A DNA stretch of 64,000 nucleotides from assembly GCA_963663765.2 (NCBI GenBank), contig CAXXUA010000004.1, forward strand, positions 960,001 to 1,024,000. The letters run 5' to 3'. This document shows positions 19,399-28,877 of this stretch, one piece after another. Position 1 is the stretch's first letter. The number at the start of each line of letters is the position of its first letter. The notes under the pieces are model-generated. The model ran no database searches. It had not been told where the DNA came from and saw only the letters and a list, made by a program, of their open reading frames with translations. Both the position numbers and the translations under genes were made by a program. The stretch comes from Candidatus Poribacteria bacterium. Its GTDB lineage: Bacteria > Poribacteria > WGA-4E > WGA-3G.

Positions 19399-21363
19399 TT
19401 ATTTCTTATCTTTGTTCTCTTCACCCTTCGTCAATTCCATCATAGACGGCACAAACACGCGATCCCCCTCTTTCAATCCATGGACAACTTCAAAGTGAGT
19501 TTTGTTCCGCCGACCTACCTTCAAATGCGTCTTAACCCCTTTTTCATCGTCCTTTTTCTTCGGTTCTTCACCAGTATCAAGCTTAACAAAATGATGGCGC
19601 TCACTCTTAATTTCTGCCTCAACACCTGTCATCATGTTGTTTTCAGATATGATTATCGTTATTTCTGTCGGACCTGGTCGCATACCTGTAGGAGTCTCAT
19701 CAAACAGTATTTCAAGATTGCCACGGGTTTCCGTTGGTGAAATCTTAGATACCTGACCATCATAGTGTTTGCCAATAAGGTTTTGGATCTTCAATCTCTG
19801 TCCCTGCTGAAATCTACCGAGGGCATCTGAGTCCAAGGTAGCTTTTGCTGAATATACTTCCGGACTTAATACTGCGGGTATCGGAATCTGAAGAATATCG
19901 GTCTTCTCAAATACAACAATGTCAATGTCCGCAGACATACCTGGTAAAAGTTTCGGACCTTCTTCCGGGATATCTACCTCTATATCCACCTCAAACGTGA
20001 TGACTGCATTCCCACCACTCTGATTACGTTGCGTGGAACTGGGGGATATTTCACTCACAAACCCATCAAATGTCTTGTTACGAAAACTATCTACACGAAT
20101 CTCAACCCGCTGCCTCTCTTTTATCCTACCAATTTCTACCTGATTGATCTGAGTTTTCACAATCATCTGCGATAAGTCAGCAATACGCATTATCGCTTCA
20201 CCGCGCGAAAAAGCTGAACGACCTGATGTAATAATCTCACCTTCCTCTACTGAAAGACGCGTTATCGTTCCTGTCATCGGTGCTTTCACTGTCGTCCATT
20301 CATGCCTCTCCTGTTGTGATTTCAGACGACTCTCCGCCTGCATAAAGTTCGCTTTTGCACTCACTTTAGCATGTTTAGTCAAGGCTTTCTCATCTTCAAT
20401 GGTCTCTTCATTCTGTGTGAGTCTTGTGCGTGCGTTTTCCAAATCCGCCTCCAGTTGTTTTTCCTGTGCCTTCTGAGATTCTTTCACTGTTTCAACGTTC
20501 TTCTTATTTAAAGCAAGGGTCGCCTCGCGACTCTGAATCGCCTCCTTCATTGCATTGACACTCTCTTCTTGCGACTTAATCGTTTCCTCTTGAGATTCTA
20601 CAACTTTCTGCGCCGTTTCGTACTGAGATTGATTCAATACAAGCTGTTTCTGAGATTGTTCCAACGTTTGTTCGGAAATTAATTCCTTTTTATACAAGTC
20701 TTGATTTCGCTTATGTTCTGCCTGAGTTGTCTCAAACGTAATCTTGGCAGACTCAACATTAACTTTAGCACGATCAAGAGTTAGTTTGTCTTGCGTTAAT
20801 TTGATTTCTGCCTGCTTCAGTGAAATCTTATCACGATTCAGCAAGTTGGTTGTCGTCAGCACAAGCGTTAGTGCTTCATTTATTCGCTGCTGTCTGTTCA
20901 CCGCAAATGAAGCAAGAGATGCTTCTAACTTTGCTACTATATTTTTAGATTGAAGATACTCACTCGTTTCGCGCTTTTCAGCAATCTGAATTCTCAAGTC
21001 TGATTGCTCCAATTCCGCTTTACGCGCATCACGATTCGCCTCCGCCTGCTTCATCTCCTCTAAAATCTGTTCATCATCTATTTTTAGCAAGGGAGCACCT
21101 GCCTGAACAAAATCTCCTTCTTCAACATAGAGTGCTACAATCTCTCCTTCAACATTAGAACGCACATCCACCTCTATAAATGAACGAATCGTACCAGATT
21201 CCTGAACCTTCACAACGAACTTCCCACGACGCACAACTTCCCTTTTATCCTCTTCTTCATCCTTCTTATCACCGAAGTTGATGCGCGTCGCTCCAATGAC
21301 AACCAACGCAATCACAACTATACCAATCGCACCGAAAATATAAAACCTTCTACCAAATTTCAT
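19399..21363 (-). CDS. Efflux periplasmic adaptor (MacA/HlyD-like) with a very long coiled coil
   Basis: N-terminal TM; VEEGDFVQAG lipoyl half; about 250 aa coiled coil; VKAPMTGTI; LLPGMSADIDI; GLKEGDRV. Confidence 0.88.
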   Translation of the reverse strand: MKFGRRFYIFGAIGIVVIALVVIGATRINFGDKKDEEEDKREVVRRGKFVVKVQESGTIRSFIEVDVRSNVEGEIVALYVEEGDFVQAGAPLLKIDDEQILEEMKQAEANRDARKAELEQSDLRIQIAEKRETSEYLQSKNIVAKLEASLASFAVNRQQRINEALTLVLTTTNLLNRDKISLKQAEIKLTQDKLTLDRAKVNVESAKITFETTQAEHKRNQDLYKKELISEQTLEQSQKQLVLNQSQYETAQKVVESQEETIKSQEESVNAMKEAIQSREATLALNKKNVETVKESQKAQEKQLEADLENARTRLTQNEETIEDEKALTKHAKVSAKANFMQAESRLKSQQERHEWTTVKAPMTGTITRLSVEEGEIITSGRSAFSRGEAIMRIADLSQMIVKTQINQVEIGRIKERQRVEIRVDSFRNKTFDGFVSEISPSSTQRNQSGGNAVITFEVDIEVDIPEEGPKLLPGMSADIDIVVFEKTDILQIPIPAVLSPEVYSAKATLDSDALGRFQQGQRLKIQNLIGKHYDGQVSKISPTETRGNLEILFDETPTGMRPGPTEITIIISENNMMTGVEAEIKSERHHFVKLDTGEEPKKKDDEKGVKTHLKVGRRNKTHFEVVHGLKEGDRVFVPSMMELTKGEENKDKK

Positions 21364-21365
21364 GG

Positions 21366-22700
21366 CTATTCAAGAACTCCCATAGCATCACGCAACCGCG
21401 CCCATGCTATCTTGTAGTCATAAAAAGCATTCACCTGATTTGTCAAGGCTTGAGCATAACTCGTTTGCGCATCAAGCACCTCAAGCAAAATCGCCTTTCC
21501 AACTTTATACCTCTCCTGAATTATATCTAAACTCAGTTGCGCATTGACAACCTGAGTATCAGATATTTCTACCGCGGTTTCACTCTGTTTCAAATTGAGA
21601 TAATTTTGACGAACTCCAAGCGCAACTGAACGTTCCAAATCAGTCGCATTCTCGCGCGCTTGTTCCAATTGCATACTGCGCTCTTTAACACGATTACCCA
21701 ATACACCTCCATCATACAAAGTAAAATTAAGCGAAGCACCCACATTCCAACTTCGGAAATCTGAAAAATTCTGACGCACACGCAAGTAATCATCCAAATT
21801 TACAGCATAATCAACATTCGCATTCAAACGTGGCCAACGCTGCAACTTTGATAGTGTTAAACTCCATTCCTGTTGCTTTAACTGCGCATCAGTCTCCAAA
21901 AACTCAGGACGATTATCAAGCGCTGTCTGAATCGCTTCCTCAACTGTTATCTCTATCTTCTCGATCGTACCACGTTCCAAATACAACTGATACGATTCAT
22001 CTACCGCTACAGTTATTAACAGACCCGGATCCAATCCCATCAAACGAGGTAAAGTCGCTTGTGAAACCTGCAGTGAATTCTGATTATTCAGCAAACTCAA
22101 TTGACTGTTCGCCTCACGCACCCTTGCAGTCGCAACATCCGCCGGAATCAGAACACCCGCATCTTTCAAAGCAACCGTCTGTTCGGTGTTTTCTACTGCA
22201 CGCGCCAAGACATCTTCACTCACCTTAACAAGCTCAGCATCCTTAAGCACATTGTAGTAGGCTTGCGTAATCTGTAAAATCAAACCCTGTTTGATACTTT
22301 CATTCCGACTAGAAGTAGCAATCAAAGACTCTTTTGACTGAGCATAACTGACTTCACGTTGACCATTGTCCCAAAGTGTATAACTCCCTCTTAGTCCAAC
22401 ATTGTAGTTCTCTTCTTCAAAACCAAAATCCAAACGATCATTAAAATTGTAATTCCCTGTAGATGAAATGGTTGGAAAATAACCTGCACGCGCATTCTTC
22501 ACACGTAACTCCTGTATTGCTAAACTCAAACGCGCATTCCGCATACGTGTTGCATTTTCCAGTCCCAATTGTATACACTGTTCAAGCGTCAACGGCTGCG
22601 ATAAATCAATTTCTTCCTGCTGTTGTGCATCTCCATTAAATATAAATAATAACTGAATAACAACCAGAATTAGCGTTAACCCAATTCTCCTTTGAACCAT
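21366..22700 (-). CDS. TolC-family outer-membrane efflux protein
   Basis: Signal peptide; LTLEQCIQLGLEN; AIQTALDNRPE; ERYKVGKAILLEVLDAQ. AAGGAG RBS precedes MVQ. Confidence 0.9.
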   Translation of the reverse strand: MVQRRIGLTLILVVIQLLFIFNGDAQQQEEIDLSQPLTLEQCIQLGLENATRMRNARLSLAIQELRVKNARAGYFPTISSTGNYNFNDRLDFGFEEENYNVGLRGSYTLWDNGQREVSYAQSKESLIATSSRNESIKQGLILQITQAYYNVLKDAELVKVSEDVLARAVENTEQTVALKDAGVLIPADVATARVREANSQLSLLNNQNSLQVSQATLPRLMGLDPGLLITVAVDESYQLYLERGTIEKIEITVEEAIQTALDNRPEFLETDAQLKQQEWSLTLSKLQRWPRLNANVDYAVNLDDYLRVRQNFSDFRSWNVGASLNFTLYDGGVLGNRVKERSMQLEQARENATDLERSVALGVRQNYLNLKQSETAVEISDTQVVNAQLSLDIIQERYKVGKAILLEVLDAQTSYAQALTNQVNAFYDYKIAWARLRDAMGVLE

Positions 22701-22932
22701 TTGCATCTCCTTAAACACATAAGACATTATGTTATATTTTTGATAAAAAATAATATTCAAAAGTTCAGAGTCTTTAATAAAATAAATTGCTAATTATGAC
22801 GCAAAACAAGCATAATAGTTTAATTGTCATTATGTCAGATTTATTATATCTAAATTGAAAAAAAATATCAAGTTCCGTGATTTAAATGGGTGTGAAAAGT
22901 GTTTGCACAGAGGTACTAACTTTTGTTCTCTT

Positions 22933-23160
22933 TAGTCCCGTAGGGACGCAATGTTTATAGAAAGACGTTATCACATCCCCTATCTTTAGTTCCGTAGGAA
23001 CGACATAGAAGGATAAACATATCGTCCCTACCAAATCAACGCCAAATGCGCCAAATCAACGGTATGAATGCCATTAAGGCATTCCCCGTATTGCATTTGG
23101 CGGGACTAAAAAGACGTGGCGATATGTATTTCTATAAACATATCGTCCCTACGGGACTGA
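22933..23160. repeat. Palindromic REP cluster (TAGTCCCGTAGGGACG...CGTCCCTACGGGACTGA) carrying nested micro-insertions
   Basis: Two forward and two inverted GTCCCGTAGGGACG units with TGTTTATAGA/TCTATAAACA arms; the third unit is interrupted at 23032-23101. Confidence 0.8.
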
Positions 23161-23200
23161 AGAATATGGTTAATATTAACAATATTTCTTTATATTGACA

Positions 23201-23344
23201 CCTAATGAAGTTTGACAATCAAAATCGGTAGTTGAATTCGTAGGGGTTGGGTTCCCCAACCCGTTTCGTTTTTGAGTTTGCGTAGATCAGGTGTGGAAGC
23301 CACGTCCCTACGAATACACAACTTGAACGTCAAAACTCATTAGG
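23201..23344. mobile_element. MITE-like element with imperfect TIRs enclosing a REP pair
   Basis: CCTAATGAAGTTTGAC ... GTCAAAACTCATTAGG; internal GTAGGGGTTGGG...CCCAACCC and ...GTCCCTAC. Confidence 0.6.
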
Positions 23345-23577
23345 ACTCTGTGTCCGCAATCTCTCATTTAATCAGTTGCGGCGGGGCACAGAGACCCGGG
23401 GAATGCCAAAAGGCATTCATACCGTCGATTTCTTGATTTCTTGATTTCGCCCTACAATGGAGAGTGGGATGTTTGTGCAAAAACTTTACACACCCTAACC
23501 AATACAATTTGCATTTTATCACAACAGATGCTATAATAGACATATCACAGAAACTACCAAATTGATAGGAGGCATAA

Positions 23578-24723
23578 ATGAAAGATTTTGCATTCACAGG
23601 CGGTAGACCCGACCCATACACATTCCCAACAGACGCTCTAATAAAGGCAAGTGAAAAAGCTCTCAAAAAATTAGGTGGACAACTCGTTAATTACCCTGGA
23701 GAAGCTGGTTACAGAGGTTTACGTGAACTCGCATCTATGCGATTTGAACGCAGGGAAGGTGTTCCACTCCCTGTAGATAATACCTCTATCACATCAGGAT
23801 CGATGCAAGCACTTGACCTTGTACTAGGTACTTTCATCAAACCGGGGGATACGGTCTTAACAGAGGAATTTACATACAGCGGTACGCTTGGGATAATGCG
23901 TCACCTAAACGCAAATATAGTCGGTATACCGATGGATTATGAAGATGGCATGAATATGGACGCATTGGAAGTGCAGCTAAAAGAACTTAAGCGGAAAAAC
24001 GTCACGCCTTCACTCATCTACACCACATCAAATCACCAAAACCCAACAGGTGCGATCCTATCGCTTGAACGTAGACACAGAATGTTAGAACTTGCCGAAA
24101 AATACGACACACTCATTGTTGAAGACGATTGCTACGGTGATATTGACTTCGTACCCAATCCGACCCCTGCATCGTTGTTTACGTTGGACACAACAAACCG
24201 TGTGATCTTCATCGCAACGTTCTCAAAAATACTCGGTGCGGGTGTCCGTCAAGGTTACTTCGTCGCAAGACAACCCTATTACGGAATGATACACAACAAT
24301 AGATGGGACGGTGGGACAAGTGCACTTGCAAGTGCGATTGTATCAGAGTTTTTCAAGGAACATCTTGAAGCACATCTTGAAAAAACAAATGCTGCGGTCG
24401 GTGCAAAATGCAAAGCTGTTACGGATACACTTGAAAAGCATGTCAGCGACCTATGTACGTGGACAAAACCGCGGGGTGGACTTTTCCTATGGATAGACCT
24501 TCCTGAAACAACCGATATGAATAAACTAAAATCGTTAGCATCAGCAAAAGGTGTCGGTTTTAGCAATGGCAGTGCATTCCATTATGCTGGTAATCCAGTG
24601 AAAGCAATACGGTTAGCCTACGCATACTGCCATGTTGACGACATTCCAGAGGGAATAACCTATTTATCAGAAGCAATCCGCACCGCACAAATCGCAGCTG
24701 TTGATGCCACCGCAGCAGATTAA
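23578..24723 (+). CDS. PLP-dependent aminotransferase (class I/II, MocR/ARO8-like catalytic domain)
   Basis: FTGGRPDP; ITSGSMQALDL; HQNPTG; IVEDDCYG; TFSKILGAGVRQG; PRGGLFLW. Confidence 0.9.
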   Translation: MKDFAFTGGRPDPYTFPTDALIKASEKALKKLGGQLVNYPGEAGYRGLRELASMRFERREGVPLPVDNTSITSGSMQALDLVLGTFIKPGDTVLTEEFTYSGTLGIMRHLNANIVGIPMDYEDGMNMDALEVQLKELKRKNVTPSLIYTTSNHQNPTGAILSLERRHRMLELAEKYDTLIVEDDCYGDIDFVPNPTPASLFTLDTTNRVIFIATFSKILGAGVRQGYFVARQPYYGMIHNNRWDGGTSALASAIVSEFFKEHLEAHLEKTNAAVGAKCKAVTDTLEKHVSDLCTWTKPRGGLFLWIDLPETTDMNKLKSLASAKGVGFSNGSAFHYAGNPVKAIRLAYAYCHVDDIPEGITYLSEAIRTAQIAAVDATAAD

Positions 24724-24794
24724 CAGACCTTTGAGCAAACCTTAAACATAAATAGTGTGACCCGCTAATATATAGATAAGCCACGGAGGAGACC

Positions 24795-26165
24795 TTGCGT
24801 AATATTATCCTATTCTCTTTAGATACACTCCGCGCGTCAAGTATGAGTTGTTACGGACATTCCAATCTAACAACGCCACACATTGACGCACTCGCAGCAA
24901 ACGCCACATTGTTTGAAAGCTGCATCAGTCCACATATACCTACGCATCCTGCACATACAACGATGTTCACGGGGAAAGATGTACTGACCCACCAAATCAT
25001 AACACAAGGCGGACAGATTAACCTATGTGAGAACAATAAGACGTTACCAGAACTGCTAAATGAAGCGGGTTACTTTACAGTTGCAGCTGACAATTTGGGA
25101 CGTTGGTTCCAACGCGGATTTCCAGAGAAACAGTACCGTGGATATAAATGGGAAACACGGTATCAAAATGCACGCAAAGCTGAAGCAGTCAACAAAACTG
25201 CAATTGAATTGTTGGAACTTGCACAATCGCAAGACAAACCTTGGTTTGCGTTCCTGCATTACTGGGACCCACACACACCATACCTACCGCCGACACCCTT
25301 TGAACGCATGTTCTATAGTGGTAACGAATGTGACCCCAACAATCGCAGTATGGATGAAGTTTATGCGTGTGAACCCTTTACAGATTATTTTCGACAGTGG
25401 ATGTGCAAACCGGACGCAAATGACCCAGACAATATAGAGAAAAAACAGCTCTGGACAGATCGAAAATATGTCAACGCACAATACGACGCTTCTATTGCAT
25501 ATATGGACGCTACTTTGGCACAACTATTCCAATATCTGTCCGACTGCAAACTGATGGAAGAGACACTCTTAGTTATCACCGCAGACCACGGAGAAGAACT
25601 CGACGAACACCAACTCTGGTATGATCACCATGGACTATATCAGACAAATTGCCATATTCCTTTGATACTACACTGTCCAGAACTAATTCCGAAAGGACAA
25701 CAGCTTGAAGGAATAGTTACCTTGAAAGACATTGCTCCAACTATTCTGGATTATGCTGCAAAAACAAATCTCTCTGAACGTGAAAATATGGAAGGTGCAA
25801 GCCTACGTACCATAATTGAAAATGGAGAAGAGAGCGGATCCTGTGATGCAATATACCTTACAGAATGTGGTTGGATGAAAAAGCGGGGATGGCAAACAAG
25901 AAAATGGAAACTGATTGTTGAAACAGGTGGTACTCCTGCAGTCTACAACACACCGGATATTGAACTCTATGATCTGGAAGAAGACCCGAATGAAATATAC
26001 AACCTCGCTGAAGAAGCAGATGACATTGTGCGACAATTGAAAAACGATATGGACAGTTTCCTAACAAAACGGTTGGCTGAAACTGGATTACCAGACCCAA
26101 CAGAAGAACAGGATATTACAATGCGTAAAATCGGAGATAAAACAAGAGCAGTCCCACTACCATAA
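24795..26165 (+). CDS. Sulfatase-like hydrolase/transferase
   Basis: NIILFSLDTLRA; TPHIDALA; PTHPAHTTMFTG; FLHYWDPHTPY; ITADHGEE; ELYDLEEDPNE. Confidence 0.88.
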   Translation: MRNIILFSLDTLRASSMSCYGHSNLTTPHIDALAANATLFESCISPHIPTHPAHTTMFTGKDVLTHQIITQGGQINLCENNKTLPELLNEAGYFTVAADNLGRWFQRGFPEKQYRGYKWETRYQNARKAEAVNKTAIELLELAQSQDKPWFAFLHYWDPHTPYLPPTPFERMFYSGNECDPNNRSMDEVYACEPFTDYFRQWMCKPDANDPDNIEKKQLWTDRKYVNAQYDASIAYMDATLAQLFQYLSDCKLMEETLLVITADHGEELDEHQLWYDHHGLYQTNCHIPLILHCPELIPKGQQLEGIVTLKDIAPTILDYAAKTNLSERENMEGASLRTIIENGEESGSCDAIYLTECGWMKKRGWQTRKWKLIVETGGTPAVYNTPDIELYDLEEDPNEIYNLAEEADDIVRQLKNDMDSFLTKRLAETGLPDPTEEQDITMRKIGDKTRAVPLP

Positions 26166-26220
26166 ATCAAATTTTAGCAGATTGCTGTGGGAGGGATCTT
26201 CGTTTCCTGACTGAAAAAAA

Positions 26221-27270
26221 ATGAAATCAAAAAACAATTCTTATTCCTCTAATCACACTATAATCACTTGCATTCTAATTCTCGTAGCGGTCGGTTTGAT
26301 CTTTAACGGTTGTGCTTCACTGCAAGAAGCACAACAGCGTAGAGACCAACGCTTAAAGGAAAGACGCAATACGGATCAACTCCTATTGAAACCGACTGAT
26401 GCAACCATCACTGTAAATCCAAAACCACCTCATGGCAAACCCCATGGAGAAAGTGATCACTATTCATTCACTTTCGTTGAGAACTTGCATATACACCAGG
26501 ACTTTGACGAAATTGAGGAACGTAATGCATTCGCAAAGAGTTCACTTGCATACATGGAAAGTCTTTATAGTGCTATGTATGACATTTTCGGATTTAAACC
26601 AAAGCAAAAAATTCATATAAAATTGCACAACTTGTATAAAGGTGGTAGCATGATAGCTGAGACCGGTTCATATTCCAGTTATATCATCCGCAATGGAGAT
26701 GTAACGAAGAACATTACTGACATAGAGATGGATTTTCCATTAGCCATGTTTCGATCACATGGAACACGCGTCCATGAATTGACACATGCCTTTACCAACA
26801 TCTATTATTTCCCTGTCTGGTTCTCTGAAGGCATTGCGGTCCTGATGCAGACTGAATATGCAAATGACAACTCACACCCAAAATTTGACGGCATTGACAG
26901 AAACTTAAGAGTTGGTCCCAACGGCATAAACTTATTAGAAGGCTGGCGTGGACACGGCGATCATCAGGCTGGAGCAAATATCACACAATGGCGATATAGA
27001 TATGCATATACAGTCGTGTCTGAACTTAGAAAACTGTATGGAAAGGATTTTTACATGCGGGTTTTCAAATTAATGGACGAAGATCAACTCTATAAGAAAC
27101 TTGTTGGAAGAATGTCAACAAGTTTTGTCGTCTACTATTTCAGCCAAGCCGCTGGAGAAGACCTTGTTCCATTTTTTAAAAAATTGCAGTTTGATGTCCG
27201 CAAGTTAGAGAAGGACGATATCCTACAACAAATTGAAAAGCAGAAGGAACTGATACGGAGGCAACTATGA
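26221..27270 (+). CDS. Lipoprotein with a gluzincin/peptidase-MA-like zinc motif
   Basis: Lipobox FNGC; HELTH followed by PVWFSEGIA. Confidence 0.65.
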   Translation: MKSKNNSYSSNHTIITCILILVAVGLIFNGCASLQEAQQRRDQRLKERRNTDQLLLKPTDATITVNPKPPHGKPHGESDHYSFTFVENLHIHQDFDEIEERNAFAKSSLAYMESLYSAMYDIFGFKPKQKIHIKLHNLYKGGSMIAETGSYSSYIIRNGDVTKNITDIEMDFPLAMFRSHGTRVHELTHAFTNIYYFPVWFSEGIAVLMQTEYANDNSHPKFDGIDRNLRVGPNGINLLEGWRGHGDHQAGANITQWRYRYAYTVVSELRKLYGKDFYMRVFKLMDEDQLYKKLVGRMSTSFVVYYFSQAAGEDLVPFFKKLQFDVRKLEKDDILQQIEKQKELIRRQL

Positions 27271-27887
27271 TTCTTACACAACAGAACGCACGTTCTCGCT
27301 ACGAACTCTTGCTACCGATTTTTGCATTGATATTCATTTCGGCTTGTGCTGTCGGGCAGCAATGGAGCGAAAACTACGCTCGTATAGCTGGCACACGGTC
27401 AACTGACCCACTCATCATTGATGGTAACTACAATACTGTAGGTCAAACACAGTTTGTTAACATCTTAGGAATTTATAACCTTGATGCACATCCACCATCG
27501 GAAGTTTCTGTCAAGTTACCTGAGGAAAAAAAGATCTACCGTGTTGTAATCCATACTACGAACATGCAAGAATTTAAGCTCATGGCACGTAATAAAGAGG
27601 GGAAATGGAAGCAAATCCATGACCAACGCAGCAACAAAGATAAAAAAATTGATATACGTTTTAATCCTCCTCCTACTACCGATGCTATCAAATTAGTCGT
27701 CCATAAAACTTCAGATGACGCAGCACAAAAGCGAAAAAACCTAAAGATCGAAAGAGAAAACCGTGTTGCGCCAGACGGTACAGTTCGCCGTGGACAGATG
27801 GTCTACAAAATATTAGGTCCCTTAAAAGCTACTGCAAAAATCGCAGAAATGGAACTTTACGGTTTCGCAGAAACGACTAAAAACTAA
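27267..27887 (+). CDS. Hypothetical lipoprotein, possibly a discoidin/galactose-binding-like fold
   Basis: Lipobox ISAC; IIDGNYNT; TTDAIKLVV; IAEMELYG C-terminus resembles F5/8-type domains; overlaps the upstream stop codon. Confidence 0.5.
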   Translation: MILTQQNARSRYELLLPIFALIFISACAVGQQWSENYARIAGTRSTDPLIIDGNYNTVGQTQFVNILGIYNLDAHPPSEVSVKLPEEKKIYRVVIHTTNMQEFKLMARNKEGKWKQIHDQRSNKDKKIDIRFNPPPTTDAIKLVVHKTSDDAAQKRKNLKIERENRVAPDGTVRRGQMVYKILGPLKATAKIAEMELYGFAETTKN

Positions 27888-28181
27888 ATGATACCCAAAA
27901 TTTAATGCAACGATTACGAATCATAAGAACGGTCATAAACTTTCACCCCAAGGTAGCTGCGGTTTCCTAAAGCCACTGTAACCTTTGATATAACGCGAGT
28001 GATTCTGACATGCAAGAACACCTTAAATAGACGTTTACAATTACCCAAATTGTTATACCCAACTCACCTTTAATTTAACAATTAGTTGTATTTAATATAC
28101 GTAATTCTGCGTTAATACTCTTATAAAACACGGAAATTTGGCATAATTCCTCTTTTTTCTTCAAAATTAATGAAAAAAAGT

Positions 28182-28210
28182 TTGCATTTAATTAATTTTT
28201 GTGTTAAACT
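28182..28210 (+). promoter_or_regulatory. Putative sigma70 promoter with extended -10
   Basis: TTGCAT (28182), 17-nt spacer, TGn-TAAACT (28205), with an upstream A-tract. Confidence 0.55.
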
Positions 28211-28528
28211 ATATTTCACGTTTTTATTGTTTTGCGTTTCTTGTAATGGTTAGGTAATTCTACTTTTCGGAGAAACTCGGTATTCAATTTCTGTCATTTT
28301 AGACGGAGAGAGAACAAGATATCAGTCCTTATATAAGAAACAGACAATGTTGAAATGCAAAGTAACTGTTGTATCAGAGGTTCTAAAATCTGGTTTTTAT
28401 TTTCAAATTATCTATTATAGTATAAACAAATATACATTTTCGTCCTTCGGATGGTACGGTTTCCTAACCCCACTGAAACAGAATGTATAATTATTTCTAT
28501 AATCTACCATAGATGAAAGGAATTACAA

Positions 28529-28867
28529 ATGAGTGATGAAGTTATTTCCCGCATAAAACAACGGCGACGTGAACTTAAGATGACGCAAACTGAATTGGCA
28601 AAAGCCGCGAACCTAACACCCGCAGCTATCTCCCAATTTGAGTCGGGTACCAGAAAACCTTCTTTTAATACGCTTTCCAGTCTGTCAGATGCATTGAAGG
28701 TAACAACGGATTATCTACTTGGGAAGAAAGAAAGAGGCTACGAAGACCTAATGGCAGACCCAAGGCTTAATGTCATGTTCAGAGGAATGATGAATTTTAA
28801 AGAGAGGGATAAAGAAACACTCTATGAGTTCTACAAATTTCTCAAAACACAAGCGGATTCAGAATAG
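28529..28867 (+). CDS. XRE-family HTH transcriptional regulator
   Basis: RIKQRRRELKMTQTELAKAANLTPAAISQFESGTRKPS...LKVTTDYLLG. Confidence 0.92.
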   Translation: MSDEVISRIKQRRRELKMTQTELAKAANLTPAAISQFESGTRKPSFNTLSSLSDALKVTTDYLLGKKERGYEDLMADPRLNVMFRGMMNFKERDKETLYEFYKFLKTQADSE

Positions 28868-28877
28868 AAAGATTTCG

